NCBI GenBank assembly: GCA_947625435.1
Contig: CANQOI010000001.1
Span: forward strand, 10,522 to 74,521
Length of the DNA stretch: 64,000 nt
Direction: 5' to 3'
Source: an uncultured Clostridia bacterium
GTDB taxonomy: Bacteria > Bacillota > Clostridia > UBA1212 > UBA1255
Shown in pieces: positions 49,193-59,148 of the stretch. Made by a program: the position numbers and the translations under genes. The notes beneath the pieces are model-generated. The model saw only the letters and a program-made list of their open reading frames with translations, had not been told where the DNA came from and ran no database searches. How positions within the stretch are numbered: position 1 is the first letter of the stretch; the number at the start of each line of letters is the position of its first letter.

Positions 49193-51238
49193 TCAGAACG
49201 GCATCGGCACATACGTGAGCACCGTATACGCCAGCACCGACGCGGCATATGCCGTCAGGAACTGGTAGCATATGCTCCCCAATGTCCATTTCAGGCCTCC
49301 GAGCTCACGGTGCATGGCCGAGACGGCGGCAATACACGGAACATAGAGGAGAGTGAATACGAGAAAAGCATATGCGCCTGCCGGGCCGTCAAATATGACT
49401 CCGCCCGGGACACCGCCGAAAAGGCAGACAGACGACACGACCGCTTCCTTTGTCACCATGCCCGTGAGAAGCGAAACGGCAGCCTGCCATGTCCCGAAAC
49501 CCGCCGGTTTAAATATAGGCGCTATGAGCCTGCCCAACGCGCTCAGCATGCTGCGGCTCTCATATTCCGTATAATGCATACTTATATCGAAGCTTCTCAT
49601 CACCCATAGCAGCACGCTCAGCCCGAATATCAGCGTGGCGGCCTTTCTGATAAAATGTTCGACCCTGTACCGCACATGTCTCAATGTGACACTCAATTCC
49701 GGCATCCTGTAAGGCGGAAGCTCCAGAACGAATGTGGACTTTCCCCCTTTAAACAGGGTGTGCCTGAACAATATACCCGAAAGTATGCCCATCAGTATGC
49801 CCAATACGTAAAGGCTCAGCACTATGAGTCCCCTGTGCTTTTTAAAGAAAAGCTGCGTGACGAACCCGTATACGGGAAGCTTTGCGGAGCATGACATAAA
49901 CGGGATCAGCATTATCGTCATACGTCTTTCATTGATATTTTCCATCGTACGTGTCGCCATTACTGCGGGCACCGAGCATCCGAAGCCCATGAGCATAGGT
50001 ATGAATGCCTTGCCGGACAACCCGAATCTTCTGAGCGCTCTGTCCATAATAAACGCAACGCGCGCCATGTACCCGCTGTCCTCAAGAAGCGAAAGAAGCA
50101 TGAACAATATCGCTATCTGAGGCAGAAACGAAAGCACGCCGCCCACTCCGTCTATCACGCCGTCTGCTATCAGATCTTTTATCCACACCGGCGAGCCCGC
50201 CGCATCGAGAGCGGAACACACCGAAGGCTTTACGAAATGATCCGTAAGGCCGGCTGTGCATTTCTGAAAAAAAGCCCCGACAGTGGAAAATGTCAGCGTA
50301 AAGACCGCGAGCATTATGAGCAGAAATAAAGGTATCGCAAATATTTTGTCCGTGACCACCCTGTCTATGATACCGGTCAGGTCGGCTTTGCGTCTGCCCG
50401 ACTTATATACGGACGATCGGACTGCTTTTTCAATGTACTTATATCTTATGTCGGCGATGATCGTTTCTCTGTCGCCCACGGCTCCGGACGCGCCGCTTTC
50501 CGCATATCTGCGTGCGAGCTTCTCTGTCTCAGAGTACACGTCATCAGGAATATTCATTTCGGCGGCAAGAGTCTCATCACCTTCGAGGAGCTTTACCGCC
50601 GCCCATCCGGCGGGTATACCGCTTTTGTCGGCGTACCTGCCGATAAGGCGCGCTATTGCTCTTACAGTACGCTCAGTGCGCGCGTCATATATGTCCGGCG
50701 CGCCGCTTTTGTTGCCGGCCGCGGCCGAAACGGCGGCCTTCAGGAGCTCCTCCGTGCCTTCCCCGGTCTTTGCCGATACAGAGATCACCGGCGCATTCAA
50801 AAATGCAGACAGAGCGCGCGTATCGATCTTATCGCCTCGCGCGCGCACCTCATCCATCATGTTCAGCGCGATGACCAACGGCCGCCCCGTTTCCGCCAGC
50901 TGAAGCGTAAGATACAGATTTCTCTCTATGTTCACGGCATCAACTATATTTATTATCACATCGGCATCGTCGTGCAATATGCAGTTTCGCGCGACTCTCT
51001 CCTCATCGGAATAGGGCGACATGGAATATATGCCGGGAAGATCCGCGACCGTGAGCGTGCAGCCGTACACGCAGGCTTTCTTTACATTACCTTCTTTCTT
51101 TTCTACCGTCACTCCGGGACGGTTTCCGACATACTGCCTACCGCCTGTCAAACGGTTAAAAAGTGTCGTCTTGCCGCAGTTCGGATTCCCTGCCAGCAGC
51201 GCCTTAAAATGCGCGTCTTTTTCAGACTGACCGCTCAT
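49193..51238 (-). CDS. feoB: ferrous iron transporter FeoB
   Basis: N-terminal G-domain (GNPNCGKTTLFNRLTG) and polytopic permease domain. Confidence 0.9.
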   Translation of the reverse strand: MSGQSEKDAHFKALLAGNPNCGKTTLFNRLTGGRQYVGNRPGVTVEKKEGNVKKACVYGCTLTVADLPGIYSMSPYSDEERVARNCILHDDADVIINIVDAVNIERNLYLTLQLAETGRPLVIALNMMDEVRARGDKIDTRALSAFLNAPVISVSAKTGEGTEELLKAAVSAAAGNKSGAPDIYDARTERTVRAIARLIGRYADKSGIPAGWAAVKLLEGDETLAAEMNIPDDVYSETEKLARRYAESGASGAVGDRETIIADIRYKYIEKAVRSSVYKSGRRKADLTGIIDRVVTDKIFAIPLFLLIMLAVFTLTFSTVGAFFQKCTAGLTDHFVKPSVCSALDAAGSPVWIKDLIADGVIDGVGGVLSFLPQIAILFMLLSLLEDSGYMARVAFIMDRALRRFGLSGKAFIPMLMGFGCSVPAVMATRTMENINERRMTIMLIPFMSCSAKLPVYGFVTQLFFKKHRGLIVLSLYVLGILMGILSGILFRHTLFKGGKSTFVLELPPYRMPELSVTLRHVRYRVEHFIRKAATLIFGLSVLLWVMRSFDISMHYTEYESRSMLSALGRLIAPIFKPAGFGTWQAAVSLLTGMVTKEAVVSSVCLFGGVPGGVIFDGPAGAYAFLVFTLLYVPCIAAVSAMHRELGGLKWTLGSICYQFLTAYAASVLAYTVLTYVPMPF

Positions 51239-51477
51239 TTCACGGAGCCGCTCACGCTTATATGTATCCTTGCCGCATCCTCCGCTCTCAAAGAAAGCTC
51301 ATAACCGCGAAGTCTTATCTTAATGGGATCTCCGAGGGGCGCCGTCGACACCGCCGTTATGTAAGTACCGGGCGTCAGACCCATGTCTATGAGGCGCCTT
51401 CTGAGCGCGCCCTCGCCTTCAATGCCTGTCACGGACGCCGACATGCCCTTTTTAAGTTCCTTGAGCGTCATGTCCAT
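51235..51477 (-). CDS. feoA: FeoA-family ferrous iron transport protein
   Basis: 80 aa SH3-like FeoA. 4 bp overlap with feoB. Confidence 0.8.
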   Translation of the reverse strand: MDMTLKELKKGMSASVTGIEGEGALRRRLIDMGLTPGTYITAVSTAPLGDPIKIRLRGYELSLRAEDAARIHISVSGSVK

Positions 51478-51526
51478 TCACCTCCGCGGTTATTATATTG
51501 AAGTGCGGACACGATTATGCGCTGTT

Positions 51527-52957
51527 TTAATCAATATAATCCTTCAGCTTTTTGCTCCTGCTCGGATGACGGAGCTTGCGGAGCGCTTTCGCTTCTATCT
51601 GTCTTATCCTCTCTCTTGTTACGTGAAAATCCTTTCCTACCTCTTCAAGCGTCCTCTGACAGCCGTCATCGAGTCCGAATCTTAGTCTCAGTACTTTCTG
51701 TTCTCTCGGCGTGAGAGACTCCAGTACCTCCATGAGCTGTTCCCTAAGTAATATGGCGGCCGCGCTTTCGGAAGGAGCCGGGGCGTCGTCATCCGGTATG
51801 AAGTCCCCTATATGACTGTCCTCCTCTTCGCCTACGGGCGTTTCAAGAGACACGGGATCCTGCGATATCTTCATGATCTCACGCACCTTCTCGACGGGCA
51901 TGTTCATCTCGTGAGCTATCTGCTCCGGAGTGGGATCCTTTCCCAGCTCCTGTGAAAGCTGTCTTGATACGCGTCCCAGCTTGTGTATAGTCTCTACCAT
52001 GTGCACCGGTATCCTTATAGTACGCGCCTGATCGGCTATCGCCCTTGTTATCGCCTGACGTATCCACCACGTGGCATATGTGCTGAATTTATAACCTTTC
52101 CTGTAATCAAACTTTTCCACTGCCTTGAGCAGCCCGAGATTGCCCTCCTGTATAAGATCAAGGAACTGCATGCCCTTGCCCACATATCTCTTCGCTATGC
52201 TCACCACAAGTCTCAGATTTGCTTCATTCAGCCTGTCTCTGGCCGCCTTGTCGCCTTTTTCTATGCGTATGGCCAGTTCTACCTCCTCCTCTGCCGTCAG
52301 AAGAGGGACCTTGCCTATATCCTTTAAATACATGCGCACGTGATCCTCAAGTCCTACGCTCTCGGCCAGCGATTCTATGTCGTCGACATACTGCTTCGAC
52401 ATTATCTCGGACGGGTTGTCAAGATCTCCGACTATACTTATTCCGAGTCTTTCGGCGACCTCGTATATTTTGTCTATCACATCGGCCTCCAGATCCGACT
52501 CGTCAAGAGCGGCATTTATCTCATCAAATGATATAGACCCTTTCATCTTGCCGCGTTCGAACAATGCGATCATAAGAGGGCTCTCGTTGAATACGGCTTT
52601 CTCCTCCTTTGTGAGAAGATCCGCCACGTTAAAATCCGGATCATCGTACCGCAGCTCAGATGAATATGCATCGTCATCGTCCGGATAGGCATCTATGCTT
52701 TCTTCCGAAATGGAGTCGATCTCGGATTCATCCACATCTATGTCCATGTCCATATCAAGATCCAGCTGCATATCCAGATCGTCAGGCTCTTCCTCATCAA
52801 ATCCGACAGGTTCGACTTCTTCATCGGCGTCAATATCATCAAACGCGCCTTCCCCGTCCGGATCCTCGGAGAGCATGTCCCTATCAATACCCGTCAAAGC
52901 TTCGTTATCCTCTTTCTTTTTCTTAGTGCCCATTGCTGTACTTCTTCCTTTCTTCAA
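51527..52957 (-). CDS. rpoD: primary sigma factor (sigma-70 / SigA)
   Basis: Acidic region 1.1, regions 2-4 including [37 protein letters not shown]. Confidence 0.95.
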   Translation of the reverse strand: MKKGRSTAMGTKKKKEDNEALTGIDRDMLSEDPDGEGAFDDIDADEEVEPVGFDEEEPDDLDMQLDLDMDMDIDVDESEIDSISEESIDAYPDDDDAYSSELRYDDPDFNVADLLTKEEKAVFNESPLMIALFERGKMKGSISFDEINAALDESDLEADVIDKIYEVAERLGISIVGDLDNPSEIMSKQYVDDIESLAESVGLEDHVRMYLKDIGKVPLLTAEEEVELAIRIEKGDKAARDRLNEANLRLVVSIAKRYVGKGMQFLDLIQEGNLGLLKAVEKFDYRKGYKFSTYATWWIRQAITRAIADQARTIRIPVHMVETIHKLGRVSRQLSQELGKDPTPEQIAHEMNMPVEKVREIMKISQDPVSLETPVGEEEDSHIGDFIPDDDAPAPSESAAAILLREQLMEVLESLTPREQKVLRLRFGLDDGCQRTLEEVGKDFHVTRERIRQIEAKALRKLRHPSRSKKLKDYID

Positions 52958-54833
52958 TGATCGCCGCCGTCTCTTTTATGAGAGCAAAGCGATCTGCTTC
53001 GTTTATCGCATTGTCATTAAGCATTTCGTTTATGCATGATATCCTTATATCGCAATCCAATATCCTGCATCTGTTCACAATATCCGCACACGCCTGACCG
53101 ATATCGGACGGTCTGAGCCATCCCGACACGATATCGGTCAGCAGCTTCACATCGCGCTCCGGGAGCTCCGATGCATCGGCGATGACAGCTTCATGTCCGG
53201 TCCTCTCTCCGCTTTCATATCTCTTCTTCAGCTTTTCGAGGAGCGTCCTGTTGGGCTTACTCGCGGATAATCTCATGATGTCGCCGTAATACTTTTCGAG
53301 GGATCTTCTGTCGTCGCTCATAAGAAGTATCGCTGTTTTCTCAAGCTTGTCCTGTTTAACTCTTTCGGGGATATCCGCGGTATCTTCGGCATTATTATTG
53401 CCCGTTACGGCGTTTTTTATATTTCTCACGGGCATTCTGCCGCCGTTTGCTTCCGGATCCTGATATGAACCCGATCTTCTGATCTTCATTATTTCAGAGG
53501 TGACGGAATCCTTGGAGATACCGTATTTGTCCGAAAACCACGTGCAATACATGTCACGCTCCGCATCGCCGGATATGGAAGCCAATATCCTTACCGATCC
53601 TCTCACAAATGCGGCCTTTGATTCCATAGATGTTGGAGGGTATCTTTCCTCCTCTTTCGATATCCTGTATTCGACTGCAGACCTCGCCCTGTCCGCAAGC
53701 GCCGTAAACTCATCGGCAGTATGCGTTCTGAGGAACTCATCCGGATCCTTTGCGCCGGGGTCCGCGTCCGGTATCGAAAGCACCCTTATCCTGAAACCCG
53801 CGGCCGCAAGTATGTCAAGTCCCCTGAGAGTGGCCTTCTGCCCCGCGCCGTCGGCGTCGTAGCCGATTATGACCTCTTTAAAATATCTTTTGAGGAGTCT
53901 CGCCTGCGCATGCGTAAGAGCAGTCCCCAAAGAAGCCACGGCCCAGTGTATCCCCGACTTGTGCAGCGCTATGCAATCCATATAGCCCTCAACTATTATG
54001 ACTCTTTCCGACTGTGATTTCTTGGCTATATTCAATCCGTACAGATGATTTCCCTTTATATATGCAGGCGTCTCGGGCGAATTGAGATATTTGGGCAGAG
54101 AATCGTCCATGACTCTTCCCCCGAATGCGATAACATTGCCGGAAACATCGAATATCGGGAACATCACACGGTTCCTGAATTTATCGTAATATGTATCGGA
54201 GTCCCTCTTCTTCGTTATGAGTCCCGCCTTGACGAGGAGTTCAACATCGGGGGCAGCCCCGCTTTCGGTAAAATGCCTGTAAAGCGCATCCCATGAGTCG
54301 GGTGCGTAGCCGAGACCGAACTGCTTTACAGTCTCGGTGCGAAGTCCTCTGTCATACAGATATTTCTGCGCCTGCCTGTTATGCTTTAATTGGTCATAGA
54401 AAAATTTGGCCGCTGTCCTGTTTACGGAATATATGCTGTTTATGAGCCGGGCCTTGTCCTCCTGACGCTTGTCTGCGGAGTGTTCAAGCTCTATTCCGGC
54501 TCTTTTGGCAAGAAATTCAAGCGCCTCCGGATAATTGAGATTCTCGGCGTACATTATGAAATTGACTACGTTACCCGCCTTGCCGCATCCGAAACACTTA
54601 AATATCTGCTTGCCCTCGTGTACCGAAAATGAAGGGGTCTTCTCACTGTGAAAAGGGCACAGACCCATATATCCGCTGCCCTTTCTCTCAAGTCTTACAT
54701 ACTCGCCTATCACATCGCCGATATCGTTCTTTTCAATTATCTCGTCGATCTGACGCTGAGGTATCATGTTCTCATCCCCCTGTATAAACTGACGGCACAA
54801 TAACAAAGCCGGACTCCGGCTCCACACATTCAT
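52923..54833 (-). CDS. dnaG: DNA primase
   Basis: Zinc ribbon ([13 protein letters not shown]...CFGCGKAG), TOPRIM (EGYMD) and C-terminal helicase-binding domain. The probable real start is [10 protein letters not shown]. Confidence 0.9.
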   Translation of the reverse strand: MNVWSRSPALLLCRQFIQGDENMIPQRQIDEIIEKNDIGDVIGEYVRLERKGSGYMGLCPFHSEKTPSFSVHEGKQIFKCFGCGKAGNVVNFIMYAENLNYPEALEFLAKRAGIELEHSADKRQEDKARLINSIYSVNRTAAKFFYDQLKHNRQAQKYLYDRGLRTETVKQFGLGYAPDSWDALYRHFTESGAAPDVELLVKAGLITKKRDSDTYYDKFRNRVMFPIFDVSGNVIAFGGRVMDDSLPKYLNSPETPAYIKGNHLYGLNIAKKSQSERVIIVEGYMDCIALHKSGIHWAVASLGTALTHAQARLLKRYFKEVIIGYDADGAGQKATLRGLDILAAAGFRIRVLSIPDADPGAKDPDEFLRTHTADEFTALADRARSAVEYRISKEEERYPPTSMESKAAFVRGSVRILASISGDAERDMYCTWFSDKYGISKDSVTSEIMKIRRSGSYQDPEANGGRMPVRNIKNAVTGNNNAEDTADIPERVKQDKLEKTAILLMSDDRRSLEKYYGDIMRLSASKPNRTLLEKLKKRYESGERTGHEAVIADASELPERDVKLLTDIVSGWLRPSDIGQACADIVNRCRILDCDIRISCINEMLNDNAINEADRFALIKETAAIIEERKKYSNGH

Positions 54834-54875
54834 TCCGCTGTCATAATATACGACGCCGAGCCCGGAAATCCTTTT

Positions 54876-56591
54876 TTATTTTCGGCAATATTCTGCAATA
54901 TCAGACGGATTTCTCACTATTAAGATATATGAATCTTCATCGATCATTCTGAGAGCACTCAGCATTTTACTCTCGGGTATGGAAATGCATCCGGACGATG
55001 CCAGCGAACCGGGGGACGTGCAGTGCAGGAATATAGCCGAGCCTTTGCCCTTAACGGCAGGATCCACATTAAAATTGACCATTGCGGCATAATTGTATGA
55101 ATAAGTATAATCTATCAGATGCTCAGACGCCGATCTGTTCCAGGAAGGCGGCATTTCACTCCCTCTTACGTGCATATTATATGTATCCGAATTTTTGTCC
55201 CCGTCCCAGTAATCATCGTTGTCGACCTTTGTATACTCCTTCAGCAGACCTCCGGGGTCGTCCTTTATACCGAAAAGCATTCCGAAGCCGTATAATCCCG
55301 CCGGCGACGTGCCGTTTCCCTCGATCCTGTTTTCAGTATCTTCGACGCCGCTCCTTCCTACGTATCCGGACGTCTTGAAGGCCTGAACCCACTCGCCGCC
55401 GTTTTTCTTATATGCGTAAAATCTACACGATGTTACATCTCCGGGATCCTGCACCGTTATAAAAAGAGACGATGCGCTGTCCGCTATTTTAAGCTCGGCA
55501 ACAACGCCCGTATAATCGTCGCGCAGCACAGCCGCATTTATCAGTTCCGAGTCCGACATGACATACCAATCCTCCACTCCGTCATATTCAAGCATATTCT
55601 CTGTCATTTCAGATGCGACCTTGTCCTGTATGTATGCTTCTTTTACGGATCCGGCCACATCTTCGCTCGTATCATACGTAAAATATCCTTCTGTCACGGC
55701 AGCATACACATTTTCGGAATCATACACGAGCGTTTTGGCGTTAAGCTCACGTCCCTCTCCCCGTGCAAATTCGCAGAAAATATTGTCCGTGTCATTCATG
55801 TATACGGTTTCCTGACCGTTTGAATCGCCTTCCGTCTGCATGTCGGATTCACCGCCTATGACGTCAAGTATATCGTTCACGGTCTCAACTGTATTCAGGA
55901 ATCTTTCCGCTCTTTCCGTTATGTCTTTATTTACGCTTCCGTTCCCCGAAGTATCGAGCTTATATGATATATATCTTATGAGCACAAAATCAAACTCATC
56001 TCTGTGTGATGCGTAATAGTCTTTTATGTCATCCTCGGATACGGGATTTTCGCTTTCATAGCTTTCCTTCATATCAGACTCGCATTTTTCCGCAAGGGAC
56101 TCGCACAGGCGTATCATCGTATACTGCTCTGCGTTTATTCCGAAAAGCCTGCCCGCCACGCTGTCGGAGGAATATTCATCGCTCATGCCGAGCGTATCAT
56201 ACTGCATGCGGAGATATGATTCTGCGTTGCTGCGCACGAGTACCTGCTCGTCTTCCGTGAGGAAATATCCGTGCCTCATCGCGTAAAAGAGCTTTGTTTT
56301 CAGTATTTCCGCCGCGTCAAACGCCGTATTTCTGTTTCCGGAAACATAATATTGGTATACACATTCATACGTGTACATATTTTTTATGACATCGCCGAAA
56401 ATGCGCATGTTTTCGGCATAGCCCTCTATCTCATCCGTACTGTCCGGAAGCTCCGTAACAAGCTCGCCCGCTATCGCCGTACCGTCTCTCACAGGTTCTT
56501 CCGTATTATTGTCCGAGCACGCGCCGAGCATTAAGATCAGTGCCATCACCGCCGCCAGCACGGCGGGCGGCTTTAATTTTATTTTTTTCAA
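54876..56591 (-). CDS. lipoprotein with a C-terminal L,D-transpeptidase (YkuD) catalytic domain
   Basis: Signal peptide with lipobox (LGACSDN). C-terminal AIFLHCTSPGSLASSGCISIP matches the LDT active-site H...GC motif. Confidence 0.6.
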   Translation of the reverse strand: MKKIKLKPPAVLAAVMALILMLGACSDNNTEEPVRDGTAIAGELVTELPDSTDEIEGYAENMRIFGDVIKNMYTYECVYQYYVSGNRNTAFDAAEILKTKLFYAMRHGYFLTEDEQVLVRSNAESYLRMQYDTLGMSDEYSSDSVAGRLFGINAEQYTMIRLCESLAEKCESDMKESYESENPVSEDDIKDYYASHRDEFDFVLIRYISYKLDTSGNGSVNKDITERAERFLNTVETVNDILDVIGGESDMQTEGDSNGQETVYMNDTDNIFCEFARGEGRELNAKTLVYDSENVYAAVTEGYFTYDTSEDVAGSVKEAYIQDKVASEMTENMLEYDGVEDWYVMSDSELINAAVLRDDYTGVVAELKIADSASSLFITVQDPGDVTSCRFYAYKKNGGEWVQAFKTSGYVGRSGVEDTENRIEGNGTSPAGLYGFGMLFGIKDDPGGLLKEYTKVDNDDYWDGDKNSDTYNMHVRGSEMPPSWNRSASEHLIDYTYSYNYAAMVNFNVDPAVKGKGSAIFLHCTSPGSLASSGCISIPESKMLSALRMIDEDSYILIVRNPSDIAEYCRK

Positions 56592-56606
56592 AATATCACC
56601 TGTGTA

Positions 56607-57497
56607 TCAATAATCAAATACCGAGAAGATCATATTATTCAATATATTGCGCACTGTTTCATGTCTGTTGCCGAAGGCGGCGGACGTACCTTCTGCCTGT
56701 ATCACATAATAAGCCATTGCCCTTGTCGCAACGTATATCTCACCCGACATTTTAATATCATCTTTTATATATTCGTACGGTAGCACCGTAAAGCTCACAT
56801 TTTTGCCGCTGTATACGGACTGTGCCGAAAAAGTATATTTTTCCTCCGCATGAGAAGCCTTGAATTCATCAAAAACGGCCGAAGCAACGGCTTTGTGTTC
56901 AAGAGGCGGTTCACGGGAGCCCTGTGAAGACGGCGTTACATCCGGGGATGACGGCGTTATATCCTGCGAAGGCTGCGATACTTCCGGTGACGCTTCCGCA
57001 TCTGTATCCGTGTCCGTATCCGTATCATCCGTATTCATAAGTCCGCCGTAGTCTTTATAGTAAAAAGATACCGTAAGATCGCCGTCGCGCTCCATTCCGG
57101 CTCTGGGATCGGGCGATGCCGATGCGGATGCAGGCGCAGACGCAGCGGCGGAAGCAGTGGGAGACGCGGATGCAGGCGTATCCGGTCCGGGCGATGCAGA
57201 CGACATTTTCTTGAGCGGGAACAGTTCGAGCACGAGGCCTGTCTTGCTGTCCAGCATAAAACCGAACTGATCCGCATTTACATTCCAATCGTCCGGATAA
57301 AATACGCGGAAGAAATAGCGCGAAGCATTGTGCATAGATGCATACGGCGCATCAGATTCGGTTTCCGTATCCTCTTCGTCCTGTTCTACTTTAAAATAAC
57401 TTATGAAAGACACTCCTATGGCCACTATCATCACCATGACTATGAGCACGAGGAACGTCTTCCTGTTTTTTGCCCACAAATTGCTTTTTGCCTTCAT
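56607..57497 (-). CDS. hypothetical membrane-anchored protein with a low-complexity linker
   Basis: N-terminal TM helix. Ala/Ser/Pro-rich stretch and DTDTDTDTD run. Confidence 0.45.
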   Translation of the reverse strand: MKAKSNLWAKNRKTFLVLIVMVMIVAIGVSFISYFKVEQDEEDTETESDAPYASMHNASRYFFRVFYPDDWNVNADQFGFMLDSKTGLVLELFPLKKMSSASPGPDTPASASPTASAAASAPASASASPDPRAGMERDGDLTVSFYYKDYGGLMNTDDTDTDTDTDAEASPEVSQPSQDITPSSPDVTPSSQGSREPPLEHKAVASAVFDEFKASHAEEKYTFSAQSVYSGKNVSFTVLPYEYIKDDIKMSGEIYVATRAMAYYVIQAEGTSAAFGNRHETVRNILNNMIFSVFDY

Positions 57498-57511
57498 TGC
57501 GAATTCTCCTG

Positions 57512-58282
57512 TCAGATATTAAGGCATTCTCCCTGACGCATGAGCACATATCTTACGCCGAGCCTGTCGGCCTCCTGCATGAAAACATAAGGGTTTCCGC
57601 CGTGTTCGGCGAAGTTCCAGAAATGTGACGGTACGGAGCAGCCCGCTCCCAGCTTCTTTGCCATGAAGGCAGCCTCCGTTTCGTTCATATTTCCGAATGC
57701 GCCGTTTATAGGTAGTATAGCATAATCCGGCGATTTTGTAATATCATTTATTATTTCTTCTCTGTACGATGTGTCCCCGAGGGCGTATATGCGCTTGCCC
57801 TCAACATTTATAACGGTACCCACGGCGTACGGCGTATCGGGGCCGTGATCGCAATACACGAAATCGCACTTTATGCATCCGCCGAGCTCCGCGCTGTCTC
57901 CCGCCTTTATGAGATGCACGCGCCCTTCTGCGGTGTCATACGCCACGTTCAGCCTTTCAAGCTCATCCATGCCGCACTTTGTAAGATATATATGAGTCCC
58001 GGCATTGTTCATAAATGCCGGCACCGAATCCTTGTCAAAATGGTCATAATGTCCGTGGCTGCATATCACGGCATCGAATACGAGCTCATCCGGCTCGAGC
58101 AAAAAAGGCATGAGACGCTTGAAGCCGAATTCTCTTTCGCAGCAGTCGGAGAGATATATATCGTATGCGAGCGTAAAACCGTCGGAAGCCTTCAATATGA
58201 AGCCCGCCTGACCCATAAAATACAGATGAGCCGTGCCCTTTTCCGGTCTGTCGTTTTTTATACGTTCGGCAAATTCTTTCAT
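57512..58282 (-). CDS. MBL-fold metallo-hydrolase
   Basis: HGHYDH (HxHxDH) motif and downstream metal ligands. Confidence 0.75.
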   Translation of the reverse strand: MKEFAERIKNDRPEKGTAHLYFMGQAGFILKASDGFTLAYDIYLSDCCEREFGFKRLMPFLLEPDELVFDAVICSHGHYDHFDKDSVPAFMNNAGTHIYLTKCGMDELERLNVAYDTAEGRVHLIKAGDSAELGGCIKCDFVYCDHGPDTPYAVGTVINVEGKRIYALGDTSYREEIINDITKSPDYAILPINGAFGNMNETEAAFMAKKLGAGCSVPSHFWNFAEHGGNPYVFMQEADRLGVRYVLMRQGECLNI

Positions 58283-58305
58283 TTCACTGTACCTTCACGG
58301 TTTTA

Positions 58306-59133
58306 TTAAAAATCTCTGGCGTAGCCGCACGTCCATCCGCCGTCTACCGTCAGCACCGCGCCCGTCAGATATGAAGCGGCTTCATCCGAGCCTACGTAAA
58401 GCGCCGCATTGGCTATATCGGAAGGATCTCCCGGCCTGTGCTGAGGAATATGGGACAGCATAGCCTCGGCGCGCTCCCTGTCTCCGTAGAAGAGCGCTTT
58501 CGTGCCTTCAAACATTATCGATCCGGGAGCGATGACATTCACGCGTATATTTTGGGGCGCGAGCTCAAGGGCCATGGCTTTGGAGAAATTTATGACGCCC
58601 GCCTTGGCCGCGGTGAAGGCGCACTGGTTCCTGAAGGGTATGATACCCACGACCGAGCTTATGTTTATGATATTTCCGCCGCCGGCTTTTATGATATGAG
58701 GCGTAAAAGCCTTGGAGCACTTATACGTACCGTCGAGGTCGACGCCCACTATCCACGACCATTTCTCGTCGCTGAATTCATGTACGGGCTTTCTGTCATC
58801 CGGTCCCACGTTCACTCCCGCGTTATTTATGAGAACGTGTATCGCGCCGAATTCCGCCTCAATATCCGCCGCCGCCTTTGCCAGCGACCCGGCATCGGTC
58901 ATCTCCATGTAAAATGCTTTCGCTCTTCCGCCGGAATCCTTCGAATCTTCATTTATCTTCTCTGCCAGTTCATTGCCCCTTGACGTATTTCTGCATCCTA
59001 TCGCCACATTCGCGCCGTTTGCGGCAAAAGCCTCCGCCATGGAGCTGCCTATAGCGCCCGTGGCGCCCGTTATGACAACCGTTTTACCTTTATAATCAAC
59101 CTTCAATTTACTTTCAAAGCCCACAAAGATCAA
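58306..59133 (-). CDS. SDR-family oxidoreductase
   Basis: TGATGAIGS cofactor motif, NNAG, and the catalytic YxxxK (YKCSK). Confidence 0.8.
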   Translation of the reverse strand: MIFVGFESKLKVDYKGKTVVITGATGAIGSSMAEAFAANGANVAIGCRNTSRGNELAEKINEDSKDSGGRAKAFYMEMTDAGSLAKAAADIEAEFGAIHVLINNAGVNVGPDDRKPVHEFSDEKWSWIVGVDLDGTYKCSKAFTPHIIKAGGGNIINISSVVGIIPFRNQCAFTAAKAGVINFSKAMALELAPQNIRVNVIAPGSIMFEGTKALFYGDRERAEAMLSHIPQHRPGDPSDIANAALYVGSDEAASYLTGAVLTVDGGWTCGYARDF

Positions 59134-59148
59134 CCCTTTCAGTTATTT

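Noticed and set aside
51478-51526. Fur box upstream of feoA
   Set aside because: No 19 bp Fur-like palindrome (TGATAAT...ATTATCA type) in the 49 bp spacer.
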